This document shows positions 37,676-49,290 of a stretch of 64,000 bases of DNA, in pieces (the first letter of the stretch is position 1; every line of letters begins with the position of its first letter). The stretch is from NCBI GenBank assembly GCA_964016885.1, contig OZ024744.1:29202001-29266000 (forward strand), given 5' to 3'. The notes below the pieces were generated by a model that made no database searches, was not told where the DNA came from, and was given only the letters and a program-made list of their open reading frames with translations. Source of the DNA: Eledone cirrhosa (taxonomy: Eukaryota). Both the position numbers and the translations under genes were made by a program.

Positions 37676-40600
37676 TAAGTACTCACCTTGGTTCCAAGGA
37701 AGGGAGACCTCTCAATATTCGGGATTTAAGCCCGAATATTCAGGTTTATTTTTAAAAACTTCGAAAAAATCGCTTTCCCACAAAAAAAAATGGAAATTTT
37801 CGACCTTGAAACGGTAAACAACGTTCAATAACAGCCACTGTAGATCTCACCACAACTACTACTACTACAGACATGCCTGTCGTCCATTCCACTGAATGTG
37901 AAGGGAAAACACAAAGGTTACCAACACAACCGCTCCCTTCTGTAATAGTAGCAGTACCATCTCAAAATGACATCACCACCACCACCACAACAACTCAAAA
38001 CAACAACGACAATAACACCGTTAGCCTCAATGTAAAAACGGATATCGGTAGCAACAGCAATAACAAACACAACAACAACAACAGCAAGAACAACACCAAC
38101 AACAAGAGCAACAGAAGCACCACCTTTGCAGCGGCAGCAGCGAAAACAAAGCGCTTATTGAATGTTGATATTAGCGATAAAGACGAACAGTTGACCCAGG
38201 CGTGGAGGTTAATTAAACGGGAGAAGTCCTGGCAAACCTGACCATCCCGGACGGGGCAATAGCGGCCACGCAAAGGAAGACGGTGTACTTTCGATGCATT
38301 TTAGTGCAGACACGCAAATTGGAACTTGCCAACCAAGCAGAGGTCGAGGCTGCTTCAAAGTGCATCGGAAGTGACATCGAGTACAAAGCAAGGGCCAAGC
38401 AGTTAGGTACCATCTCGGTACTGTTCAAAACTGAGGCCCTTGCTATTAAGCACTCGATGACCCCCTGCAGAACGGAATGCATTATCATGCACCCGTCCTA
38501 CATAGGCAAAAGGAGAGTAAAGATCCGCATTCCCAGGACCCCACCAGGAATGAACATATGGTGGATCCAGGGATGCGTAATCGAGGAGGGAACAAACACT
38601 ACCTTCCTGGATATCAAAAGAACAGAGAGAGAAGACTGGTCCGGAATGGATTTGGAGATTTTTCTCCAAATGAAACCGGAGGACATGAATAACATCCCGG
38701 ATTTTACTCGCCTGAAGGACGGGACAATAATCCAACTAATCATTGACGGAAGAAGGCCACGCTGCTTCGTCTGCGGGGAAGCAACGCATCTGCAAGCCTT
38801 CTGCCCTCAGCGCAAAAATGCAAGGGGTCGCAAACCTCCTTTGTTGCCAACGCCAGTGACACCACGGAAAGCTGCACCACCACCACCAGCAAAAACAACA
38901 CCAACAAAGACACGGACACCAACATCAAAAACAGCCGGATCACCACCAACACCAACACCAATCCAAGAGGAAAACAAGGAAAGCTCTCCCACTCCCACTA
39001 CCCCTCCAATTATACACATAGATAAAACAATAAATGTACACGCAGACACAGATACACTCACAGCCACAGACCCTTTGTCTTCCAGCAGTGAAGATGAAGG
39101 AAAACCCAAAAGTGCCAAAAAAACAAAAGAGAAAACTCACCCCAAAAAAGCCCCCACAAAACAGAAAAACATACACAACAAAAAATACAGACACCACCAA
39201 CGCAAACACTTCCCCAATAACATCAACACCAACATCAACATCAACACCACCCACACAATCCCCGAAACGCAAACAACCTAAACAAACACAAGAAATGCCT
39301 GAAATTGCAGACACCACACCTACAACAAACACAGACATACCCGAAACAACACCACAAAAACCATCACCACCACAGTCACCAAAACGAAAACAAATAAAAC
39401 CACACCAACAAAACATTAAAAACTTCGTGCTTGTCAGAAGATCCAACGATAAATTGATGGCCCTCTTAGCACGAAGCGAAGACATCCAAACAGAGAGGGA
39501 GATCTTTGAATTGAACAGATTTTGCGTGCCAGAAGATTTGCTTCTGGTGCGAATGTCGCTCAATTCTTACAAAGATATTCGAGAGAACTTTCCTCAAGAC
39601 GTGGGAACCCTGAACGTGAAACCCACATCAAGACTTTTAAAGGGGTTCCAAAAGAAACCCCACCAACCATGGAGGATGAACCACCCGATATTTAAGAGAC
39701 CCCGGGAGGTAAGTAAACCTTCCCTCTCTCATTTAGCTTTCCAACATGGCCATATTAAGAGTAGGAAGTTTAAATGTTCGCGGCCTGGGGTCACCCTGGA
39801 ATCAGGGTCGCCTGCTCAACGACCTCAAGTCTCTGGTAATGGATGTGATTGCCGTCAGCGAGACCAGGGTTTCCGACACGCGCGCACTAGCCCCCATTTT
39901 CGACGACGTTCAGATCTTCGCATCTGTTAGCAGGCCGGAAATGGGAGGTGGAGTGGCAGTGCTGTTTAGGAAAGGTCTGGATCTCGAGGGAAGGTCAATC
40001 TTCCCGGAACCGGACGGTAAGTTGGTGGTCCTGGATGTGAGCAGTAGCAAAGGTGGTGCCTTTAGACTGCTGGCCGTACGACTGGGGGCGGACGACCGGA
40101 GTTCTTTAGACGCCTGGAAATCTTTCTGGGTACGTCTCGCCCTCTACTGTTAGCGGGGACCGGAACGGCATCTTAGACGCACGCTGGGATTGTGTGGGAG
40201 TATCTGATAAGAGCGGGGGTGCAAAAGCCTCAAACACCTAATCAGCCATTTCCAACTGTCTGACAGGTATCGACTAGATTTCCTCCAATGCACCAGTGTA
40301 GACGTGGACCAACCGCATAGGGTCATCTAGATCGTATATAGACAAGATCTTTATTAGGAAAATAGATAGAAATAGTGTAAGCTGCCCACTTTTTAAAACG
40401 GTCGCCTATTCAGATAACAAATTTGTGATCTGTATGGTCGACCTAGATAAAACACGTAGGTTGGGACCGGGTTACTGGAAGCTGAACAGGTCATTTCCGG
40501 CACGTAAGGCTTACAGGGACCGAGGCAACAATTAGTTAAGCAAAAGTTGACAGGGGCGGTTATAAACAACATATGGTGGGGGACACTTAAAAGAGAGATT

Positions 40601-43066
40601 AGAGTAACTTCGATAGAGTTCAGCAAAGAACTAGCGTTAGAGAGAAATAGAAAAGGAGGGGGAGCTGGTAGATAAGTTAGACGAGGCTATTTGTAGTGGC
40701 GTTGCAAATGACGTGCTAGCGGCGAGAATGGCATTAGACCATTTCTTCAATGCGAAACACGAAGGTTGCATTGTCAGAGCTAAGGCACGTGCGCTGAGAA
40801 ACGAGTGAACCAAAGCTGTTCGATGGGCCCGCGTGGCGGAGAGGCAGCGTGGTAATAAAACCACAATTCGGTCTTTGGCGGACCGAGAAGGACACGAGAT
40901 AAGCGATTCCAAGCGGATATGTGAGGCCGTTCACCAACAGTTCAGCCTAAACTCAGGGCGCCCTTGTCGGCCGCATGAGGCGCAAGTCACCCGGTTTGGA
41001 TGGCCTGCTCTACGAGCTTTACGTAAATATGCCAGACTTGTTCTCTGATCTCCCTGCAACTGGCAGCAGAATGGGAGTATTCCCAGTTCTGTGAGCAGGG
41101 GAGTGGTGACGCTGATAAGGAAAGACGAGAACAAGAGGGATACATTAGATAATTTCAGGCCCATAACTCTGCTCAACACTGAGTTTAAGATTTTGACCAA
41201 GATGTTAGCAAAGAGATTGTCGCTTGTCATCGAGGATTTGGTTGGGGAGGCGCAAACTTGTGCAATCCTAGCCAGGTCCATACAAGATAATCTCCATCTC
41301 ATGCAATACATCATAGAGAGGGTAGGGTGTAAACCTGGCTTCGGTGGGGCACTGATCAATTTAGATCAATCGAAAGCATTCGATAGGGTCGACCATCGGT
41401 GTCTGGAGTTTGTCCTCAAAGCGGCTGGCTTCGGCCCTGTCTTCAGAAGCTGGATCGCTGCAATGCACAGCGGTACCCGCTTGGTGGTCAAGGTTAATGG
41501 CCACTTCTCGGAACCATTTCGGCTCTCCCGATCGGTCCGTCAAGGGTTCTCTCTCTCTTCTCTTCTGTACGTATTGACTCTCGAGCCTTTACTGCGTAAG
41601 CTGGAGCTGGTGCAGGGCATCCCGCTCGAATCGGGACGTGGAAAGGCGGTGTCGGCTTATGCGGACATCACCGTGATGGTGTCGGACACCTCAGAAATCG
41701 AGGTAATCGGCACCTCATTGAAGGAATATGAAAGGTTGATAGGAGCCAAACTTAACCCGGAAAAGTCGGTGGGCTTGCAACTCGGAACCTGGAGAGGCAA
41801 GCCCATATCGTCAAACAGCGTCGCGGGTTGCTGGACGGACGGACCGGTAAAGTTGCTCGGGATTTGGTTCGGACCAGACTTCCAGGGGGAAAAGAATTGG
41901 GACGAGGTGACGAGCAGGGTAGCCAGTCTCAACCAAAAATGGGCTGGGAGGAAGTTATCACTGAAAGGTCGCGCGGAGGTGGTGAATGTGTACATCGCGT
42001 CTGTCATCTACTACCGCCTGACCGTCGTCCCTTGCCCACGTCCGCGCCTCGTCAAGTTGGAACGGCTCCTCTTCAAATTCTTGTGGTGTGGACAAGTTCT
42101 GTTGCCAGCACCCTCTACGCAGAGGGCTGGGCATAACGTGGCTAATGATGCGCAGACATGCGCTGAGGCTGTGTCATCTCCAGATATACTGACTAAACTG
42201 TGAACAGGTGTGGTCGCCGTTTATTAGAGGGCCTTTCCGCAGCACGTTTCTTTGACTGAGCTGCAGTCCTGGGTCAAGAAGAGACCGAGACTAGGTGACT
42301 GGCACCGGGAATATTGCCAGGCACTCACTGCCCTCTACAGGCACGGAAGTGCTGTCAGACGGACCTGCCCAACATGAGCACAGAACGACGAAACCGTTCT
42401 GCACGCACTTGTCCAATGTCAGTGCATTACTGACTTGTGGAGTTATGTCGAACAGCTATTGTCGTGTGTGGAACTGATCCGGCTATCGGCCGAGTCCATA
42501 GTGATGATCGATCCGCCGCCTTCCTTAGGTCAGGAAGAGCAGGACATTTTCCTCTGTCTGGTGGCAGTTGCGAAAGAGGTTGTATGGTGGACCAGATTAA
42601 AAGGATTGAAGACAGACACTTTTCTCTTCGGCCAATCCCTCATCAACTTCTTCAAGTTTCACCTGGAAAGGAAGGTGAGGGTGGAGAGAGAAGTGCTGCC
42701 CCCTAGTACATTTGCTAAAAGGTGGATGAATGTGGCGAGAATGGCCCGTGCGAATGCGCCTACTCTGACCATGCGCCTATAGACTAGCTAACTTGAGGAG
42801 AGGGGTGCTCTCCCTGGGTGCCCTAGAAGCGCAGGGTGGTTCAGGATTAGTGGGGTACCTGAGTCACCCCAGGGTCGTCCACCCCCTATCGAGGAATTTA
42901 TTTATTTTGTTTATGCATAGTTTATTTTATATTTCTTATATCTTCATTGTTTAATTAGTCTTGCCATTGTGTACTTTTACTCGACCTTATTGTAAACCCC
43001 CACTATCCCTGTCTTTGTATTATCCCCTACATGTTGACCCTTGTGGCTAATAAATGAAATCATTAT
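37676..43066 (+). mobile_element. Degenerate full-length Tx1 element C (second family; ORF1 from 37873, ORF2 39746-42782)
   Basis: ORF1 knuckle CFVCGEATHLQAFC. ORF2 MAILRVGSLNVRGL..., RT in ORF 41091-42203. Ends cccttgtggctaataaatgaaatcattatt. Confidence 0.9.
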
Positions 43067-43067
43067 T

Positions 43068-43267
43068 TTGGCAGTATCGGTAGTGGGTCGGACGCTATGC
43101 TTTCCAGCATAGTTACGTCCCTTTACGATCTGAGTTCAAATCCCGCTGAGGTTGACTTTGCCTTTAACCCTTACGGGGTCGATAAAATAAAGTACCAGTA
43201 ATGCACTGGGTAATTGTGCCTTGTGCCTAAAGTAGAAACAATTATTATTATTATTATTATTATTATT
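43068..43267 (+). mobile_element. SINE + (ATT)n tail between Tx1 C and Tx1 D
   Basis: A box tggcagtatcgg, B box gttcaaatccc, tail 43241-43267. Confidence 0.92.
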
Positions 43268-43480
43268 GAATGCCATGGTTGACGGAGGCTCGGCTCTGTA
43301 AGGTATAGTAATTTTTAACCGTTAAAACAATTGTAAATTGTTTAAAACTTGAACCAAATTGTTGATAAAGACACCCTCCTCCTCGTGAGAGGGGTCTTTC
43401 TGTCCGTTATTTGGCCCTTCGGGTTAAATAACCAGTTATTGGGGTTTTGTACCCAATATTCATTTTAAACAAAAATCAAC

Positions 43481-45247
43481 ATGGCTACGAAAAAGAAATT
43501 TCATACGTCACTCCCACTCATTCCGTTTTCTTCTTCCTCAATCATCACTACAGCAGAGAGAAGATTGTCTCTCTCCCTCCCTTCTTTAAATGTGTCTCTC
43601 TCCCTCCCTTCTCTTTCGCAAGTGACGAAAGAAAAGAAAAGTCTCGTGCAAAGCGTGCAAGGTTTCTCCACGACGACGACGACAGCGACGAAACAGGTGT
43701 GCGGGAAATACGAAAACCCAGTTCATTCGGCTGACGTCAGGAATAATAGCAGTAGCAGCCGTAATAACAACAGCAACAGTGACAATGAAAACAACAGTAG
43801 CAGCCGCAACAGCATCACCAGCAGCATAAACAACAACAGCATTAGCAGCAGCAACACCAACAACAACCACAGCAACAGCGGCGGAGGCAGTAGTCGTAGT
43901 ACCTGCAGCAACAACAAAAGTACCAGCAGCTCTGACGACAACAACAACAATAGCACCAAAGAAAAACCAATCTCATTTGCAGGCATTGCGAGAAACTTGG
44001 AAACAATCCTCATAACAAATGAGGAATTAGAGGAAGCGAAGAAGATGGTGACAAAGAATGGACACCGAGCAATCTGCAAGGCAGCGGAAAATTTTTTCGA
44101 AACCCAACAGCACTGTACGGTCACGTACCGTACAGTAAGTACAAAATCCCGTAGGGTGGAAAGAGTCACAGAGGCTCAGATACAAAAAGCCTTGGGGTCT
44201 GTGTGGCAACGGAAAACGCACATCACCCGAGGCAAAAAATATGCCACCGTAGACGTACTTTTTGCCACACCCCAGGAGGCAAAGGCCCAATCAGTAGTGA
44301 CCCTAAGGAGCGAGGAAATGGTGTTGGTGCCCTCCTACTGCGGGCAAAAAATTGTGAGGGTCAAACTGACCCACGTCCCCCCCGGAATGGCCCCTTCTTG
44401 GCTGGCCGCGTCTGTCCTCGTCGGAATCGAGGACAAAACAAATGTACTTCAAGTACAGAAAAAAGTAAGAGAAGATTGGGTAGGCACCTCCATTGAAATG
44501 CTAATCCAAACCAACCAGGAGTGCATCGAAGCTATCCCGGATGTGATAGACTTCGATAACGGCACTCAACTGCCCATAAGTGTTGAGGGCAAACGCCCGA
44601 AATGCTTTCGCTATGCATCGAAGACTCACCTCAGGGCCTTCTGCAACGAGAAGACCCTGAGAAAGGAGAAAACCCCCCTCTTTCCGAAACCGGCGCCACG
44701 GCTACCAGCAACAGGACAAGCGGCAACCAGGAACGATAGGTCCGTGGCACCCATACCCACGCCACGGAAATCAAAAACAGCAGCAGCATTGGAAATATTA
44801 ACAACAACAACAGCAATACCAAATGCAGCTGCAACAGAGACTCCAGTGCAAATATCACCAACAACAACAAGTGAAAGAGTGGAGCTGGTACCCCTCCCCG
44901 ACCTCACAGAATCAGACATGGAGTGTGAGGTGGGAGAGGGATGGCAAAAGGTCGTAAGAAGGCACAAACGCAGAAGCAGCGCATCGTCGCCTTTGAAAAG
45001 GGAGGAAAGAAATGAGAAAAGGGTAAAGTCTACTGCAAAGAGACCCACAACAGCAACACCACCAACACCATCACCACCCACACTAGCACCACCATCACCA
45101 CCGGCGACAACCCCACCGCCAACAACACCTTCAACACCACAAGCACCAACATCGCAAACACAACGACAAAACACACACACCCAGCAACAACGACAAGAAA
45201 ATAGCAGAACCACACCCACCCCCAGAAAAACAAATGCACGGCAATAA
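43481..45247 (+). CDS. Tx1 ORF1 (nucleic-acid-binding gag-like protein), probably prematurely ended by frameshift
   Basis: 588 aa. N/S-rich N-terminus, conserved core shared with copies A/E/F, knuckle CFRYASKTHLRAFC, P/T-rich tail. The conserved C-terminal domain continues out of frame to ~45576. Confidence 0.8.
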   Translation: MATKKKFHTSLPLIPFSSSSIITTAERRLSLSLPSLNVSLSLPSLSQVTKEKKSLVQSVQGFSTTTTTATKQVCGKYENPVHSADVRNNSSSSRNNNSNSDNENNSSSRNSITSSINNNSISSSNTNNNHSNSGGGSSRSTCSNNKSTSSSDDNNNNSTKEKPISFAGIARNLETILITNEELEEAKKMVTKNGHRAICKAAENFFETQQHCTVTYRTVSTKSRRVERVTEAQIQKALGSVWQRKTHITRGKKYATVDVLFATPQEAKAQSVVTLRSEEMVLVPSYCGQKIVRVKLTHVPPGMAPSWLAASVLVGIEDKTNVLQVQKKVREDWVGTSIEMLIQTNQECIEAIPDVIDFDNGTQLPISVEGKRPKCFRYASKTHLRAFCNEKTLRKEKTPLFPKPAPRLPATGQAATRNDRSVAPIPTPRKSKTAAALEILTTTTAIPNAAATETPVQISPTTTSERVELVPLPDLTESDMECEVGEGWQKVVRRHKRRSSASSPLKREERNEKRVKSTAKRPTTATPPTPSPPTLAPPSPPATTPPPTTPSTPQAPTSQTQRQNTHTQQQRQENSRTTPTPRKTNARQ

Positions 45248-45610
45248 ATACACACAAGAAACTAATGACTTACATAATTGAACACACAGACATTTCACAA
45301 CAGGACTACATAATACCAGCACCAATCAAAACGCCAACTAACATAAGACTGCTAAAAAAATCGCACAGAAACAATACACAAATATTAAAACGAAATTCCC
45401 CAATGCAGTTGGTGATTTCAGGGACCTAGGAGGAACTATCAATCAAAGAGTATATTCAGACATTCTCTTAGAAGAGCCGACGACCAGCCGAAGGGACGAT
45501 TCAACGGTCCCTTCACCAGACGATCAAGTGAAAAGGGATGTAAAAACCATCCCTCCTCTACGAAAAGTACGGTAAGTGGTCTTTCCCATCTTTTCCACTC
45601 TATTTTAAAC

Positions 45611-48600
45611 ATGACCTCACTCAGAATAGGCAGCATAAATGCGCGTGGCTTGGGGTCGTCATGGAAGCAGGGTCACCTGCTCAACGACCTCAGGTCACTA
45701 AACATAGATGTAGTGGCCATCAGCGAGACCAGAATCTCCGAAGCACGGGCCTTCGCACCGATCTTCGGCGGCTACGATGTGTACGCATCTCCCAGCCGTC
45801 CTGGATCGGGTGGGGGAGTTGCTGTGCTTTTTCGGAGAGGTTTGGATCTCGCCATACGGGCCATCTTCCTGGACCCAGAGGGTAAGCTGGTGGTGCTGGA
45901 CGTGACCAGCGGAGACGGGCAAGCTTTCAGGCTAGTGGCCGTCTATGCCCCGACAGGAGCAGGGCGGCCTGATTTCTTCCGGCGTCTGGAGACCTTTCTT
46001 GGAACGTCCCGCTCTTTAGTGTTAGTGGGCGACTGGAACGGGATCTTAGATGCACGCTGGGACTGTGTGGGATTAGCGGATAGGGGTGGAGGGTGCAAGA
46101 GCCTCACCAACCTGCTCAGGCGTTTTGAACTGTCTGACAGGTACCGATTGGATTTCCCGAATGTGCCAATGTGGACTTGGACAAACCGCATAGGGTCATC
46201 CAGATCATATCTAGATAGAGTATTTTGTAGGGAAATAGATAAGTCTAGCATAGGCTGTCCACAATTCAAGATAGTCAGCTACACGGACCACAAATTCGTG
46301 ATCTGTGTGCTTGACTTAGATAGGCTTCATAGACGAGGACCCGGCTACTGGAAGCTAAACGCGTCTTTACCAGCGCGCAAGGCCTACAGAGACCGGATTA
46401 GCGAACTAGTTAAGCGGGCGTTGACGGGGGCCATCGTCAACAACAAGTGGTGGTTTGCTCTGAAAAGAGCGATTAGAACAGAATCGATTAGGTTTAGTAA
46501 GGCTTTAGCAATAGAGAAAAATAGAGCAGAGGGAGAACTAGTTAGAAAATTAGACGAGGCGCTTAGCAAAGGCATTGCGACCGACGTGCTTGCGGCGAAA
46601 TTGGCCCTTGACCAATTCTTCAATGCAAAGCACGAAGGCTGCGTTGTCAGAGCAAGGGTGCGTGCTCTCAGACACGAGGGGACGAAAGCCGTTCAATGGG
46701 CCCGAGTGGCGGAGGCGCGTCGTGGCAACAAAGCCACGATCCGGTCTTTGGTGGACCACGACGGGCGCATGCTACTCGATCCCGGGCAAATGTGTGAAGC
46801 TTTTCAGCGACACTTCGCTCAGCTGTTCGGGGGCAGCGGTGGGCCGGGTAGAGGGATGGACTTTAGTGTCTACCTCGACGGACTGCCGCGGCTCTCGGCC
46901 ACTGAGGCGAAGTGTTGCGAAAAGCCGATAACAGCCGCTGAAGTAAGGGAGGCAATGACTGGCTGCACAAGGGGTAAATCGCCTGGTTTGGATGGTCTGC
47001 CCTATGAACTTTACGTACAGATGCCAGACTTGTTCGGAGGCCTCTTGGCGGACGTCTACTGCAACTGGCAACAGAACGGGAGAATTCCCAGTTCTGTGAG
47101 CCGAGGAGCGGTGGCACTGCTGAGAAAGGATCCGAACAAGGGGGATAACATAGACAATTTCCGGCCCATAACTCTGCTAAACACAGAGTTTAAGATTTTG
47201 GCCAAGGTGCTAGCAAAGAGGTTGGCGCTTGTCGTTGGTGGTCTGGTGGGAGAGGCGCAGACATGCGCCATTCCCGACAGATCCATCCACGACAACCTCC
47301 ACCTCATGCGATACATCGTAGAGAGGGTAGCTAGGGAACCTGGCACGGGTGGGTCCTTGATCAATTTAGATCAGTCGAAAGCTTTCGATAGGGTCGACCA
47401 TCGTTACCTAGCGGCAGTCCTGAGGGCGGCTGGCTTTGGGCCCGTCTTCAGAGGCTGGATCGCTGCCATGCACAGCGACATCTGCTCTGTGGTGAGAGTG
47501 AACGGTCACCTGTCGGAACCGTTCAACATCATGCGCTCGGTCCGCCAAGGATGTCCCCTCTCGTCCCTCTTGTACGTATTGACTCTCGAGCCATTACTGC
47601 ACAAACTGGAGACGTTGAGGGGAGTCCCGCGCGAACTAGGATGCGGAAGATCCGTGTCAGCATATGCGGACGATGTCACCGTAGTGGTGTCGAACGCCAA
47701 ACACATCGAGGCGATCGGCACTACACTAAGAGAATACGAAGCGGTGACAGGATCAATGATCAACCAGGAAAAGTCAGTGGGCCTGCAGCTCGGCACCTGG
47801 AGAGGCAGGTCCATGCCGTCCAACAGCGTCGTCGGGCACTGGACGGACGGACCGGTTAAATTGCTAGGGGTCTGGTTCGGTCCGGACCTCCAGACGGACA
47901 AAAACTGGGACGAGGTGACGAGCAGGGTGGCTTCTCTCACCCAGAAATGGGCGGAGAGGAAGCTATCCCTGAAAGGTCGAGCGGAGGTGGCTAACGCGTA
48001 CATCGCGTCTGTCATCTGCTACCGCCTAACCGTCGTACCTTGTCCTAAGCCTCGCCTGACTGCGCTGGAGCGTTTGCTCTTTCGCTTTTTGTGGAAGGGA
48101 CGTGCTCCGATGATCAGGCGGTCCATCTGTTGTCAACACCCGCTACGTGGAGGGCTGGGCATGCCGTGGCTGATGATGTGCAGGCACGCGCTCAGGCTAC
48201 GACATCTCCACCTCTTCCTCGACGGTGATCAGGTGTGGTCGCCGTTTGCTAGACGCGTTTTTCCCCAGCTCGTTTCCTTGACGGAGCTGCAGTCCTGGGT
48301 CAAGCGAAGACCGAGAGGGAGCGCCTGGAGACTGGAATGTCTTCAGGCGCTCACAGCCCTCGACCAATCGGGCAATGTGATCGGTGGAAACTCCACCTCG
48401 GCGTTCTATAGAGGATTAGTGGAGGGGAAGAGCGACGACGTACTTGGGGAAACTCTAGGCGTCGACGAAAATCAACTAGCCAATCTCTTCGGAAGAACTT
48501 TCGGGCCAGGGCCTATGGACAACTTCCAGAAATCTCTGGCCTGGCAGTGCTACCGAGGAGCCTTGCCAGTTCGGGATAAACTCTACAGGCATGGAGGTGC

Positions 48601-49030
48601 CGTCAGCCGGGCATGTCCGAGATGCGCGCAGGGCGACGAAACCGTCCTGCACGCACTCGTCCAGTGTCCGAAAATTGCTGACTTGTGGGTTTATGTCGAA
48701 CACCTGCTGTCGCGTTTAGGACGGATCCAGCTATCATCTGAGTCTATCGTGAGGATTGCCCCGCCCTCCTCCTTTAGCCGGGAAGGGCAGGCAGTTTTTA
48801 TCTGTCTGGTGGCCATGGCGAAAGAGATAGTATGGTGGACACGTTTGAAAGGGCTGAAGACGAGCACTTACCTCTTCGGTGATGCTCTGATTGACTTTTT
48901 CAAATTTCATTTGAAAAGGAAAATCAGAGTAGAGAAGGAAGTGCTCTCTTCCCAGCATTTTGTTGAAAGATGGGTGAGAGAAGCAAGAATGGCCCGAGTG
49001 AATGGGCCGACTCTGAGTATATATCTGTAA
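45611..49030 (+). CDS. Tx1 ORF2: APE endonuclease + reverse transcriptase + CCHC zinc knuckle (1139 aa, intact)
   Basis: GSINARGL, ISET, GDWN, SYLDR, YTDH; WKLN; KSPGLDGL, FRPITLLN, LDQSKAFDRV, VRQGCPLS, YADD; CPRC..ETVLHALVQC. Confidence 0.97.
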   Translation: MTSLRIGSINARGLGSSWKQGHLLNDLRSLNIDVVAISETRISEARAFAPIFGGYDVYASPSRPGSGGGVAVLFRRGLDLAIRAIFLDPEGKLVVLDVTSGDGQAFRLVAVYAPTGAGRPDFFRRLETFLGTSRSLVLVGDWNGILDARWDCVGLADRGGGCKSLTNLLRRFELSDRYRLDFPNVPMWTWTNRIGSSRSYLDRVFCREIDKSSIGCPQFKIVSYTDHKFVICVLDLDRLHRRGPGYWKLNASLPARKAYRDRISELVKRALTGAIVNNKWWFALKRAIRTESIRFSKALAIEKNRAEGELVRKLDEALSKGIATDVLAAKLALDQFFNAKHEGCVVRARVRALRHEGTKAVQWARVAEARRGNKATIRSLVDHDGRMLLDPGQMCEAFQRHFAQLFGGSGGPGRGMDFSVYLDGLPRLSATEAKCCEKPITAAEVREAMTGCTRGKSPGLDGLPYELYVQMPDLFGGLLADVYCNWQQNGRIPSSVSRGAVALLRKDPNKGDNIDNFRPITLLNTEFKILAKVLAKRLALVVGGLVGEAQTCAIPDRSIHDNLHLMRYIVERVAREPGTGGSLINLDQSKAFDRVDHRYLAAVLRAAGFGPVFRGWIAAMHSDICSVVRVNGHLSEPFNIMRSVRQGCPLSSLLYVLTLEPLLHKLETLRGVPRELGCGRSVSAYADDVTVVVSNAKHIEAIGTTLREYEAVTGSMINQEKSVGLQLGTWRGRSMPSNSVVGHWTDGPVKLLGVWFGPDLQTDKNWDEVTSRVASLTQKWAERKLSLKGRAEVANAYIASVICYRLTVVPCPKPRLTALERLLFRFLWKGRAPMIRRSICCQHPLRGGLGMPWLMMCRHALRLRHLHLFLDGDQVWSPFARRVFPQLVSLTELQSWVKRRPRGSAWRLECLQALTALDQSGNVIGGNSTSAFYRGLVEGKSDDVLGETLGVDENQLANLFGRTFGPGPMDNFQKSLAWQCYRGALPVRDKLYRHGGAVSRACPRCAQGDETVLHALVQCPKIADLWVYVEHLLSRLGRIQLSSESIVRIAPPSSFSREGQAVFICLVAMAKEIVWWTRLKGLKTSTYLFGDALIDFFKFHLKRKIRVEKEVLSSQHFVERWVREARMARVNGPTLSIYL

Positions 49031-49290
49031 ACTAAAGGTGGAAAACTGGGAGAGGGCACTTGCCTTGGTGGTCAGGGTCATTGTGGCTTTTTACTGGGCT
49101 TTCTCCACAAATGTCCCTCCGAAGTCTCCCCCCTATTGGGGAATTTTTCATTGTTATTTTCATTGTTATTTTTGTTACATCCTCTGTTTTTGTTTTTTTA
49201 CACGCAGAAATGCCCATTTGTACCGTCCTGCATTGTCCTGCACTGTCCTTAATGTCTACTTTATGTAAACCCTTGTGGTTAATAAAGAAA

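Noticed and set aside
43068-43145. Possible tRNA gene (A and B boxes)
   Set aside because: No cloverleaf, and it continues into a SINE body and tail found in about 8 copies.
45200-45360. Programmed -1 frameshift in Tx1 ORF1
   Set aside because: Copy F reads through this region in one frame and shift positions differ among copies, which fits mutation or sequencing error.
48170-48180. ctgatga/ctgaaga words inside Tx1 ORF2
   Set aside because: Coding sequence (WLMM, GLKT) with no hammerhead stems.
45661-49081. Antisense and alternate-frame ORFs over Tx1 ORF2
   Set aside because: Short shadows of a GC-rich coding frame with no recognisable motifs.
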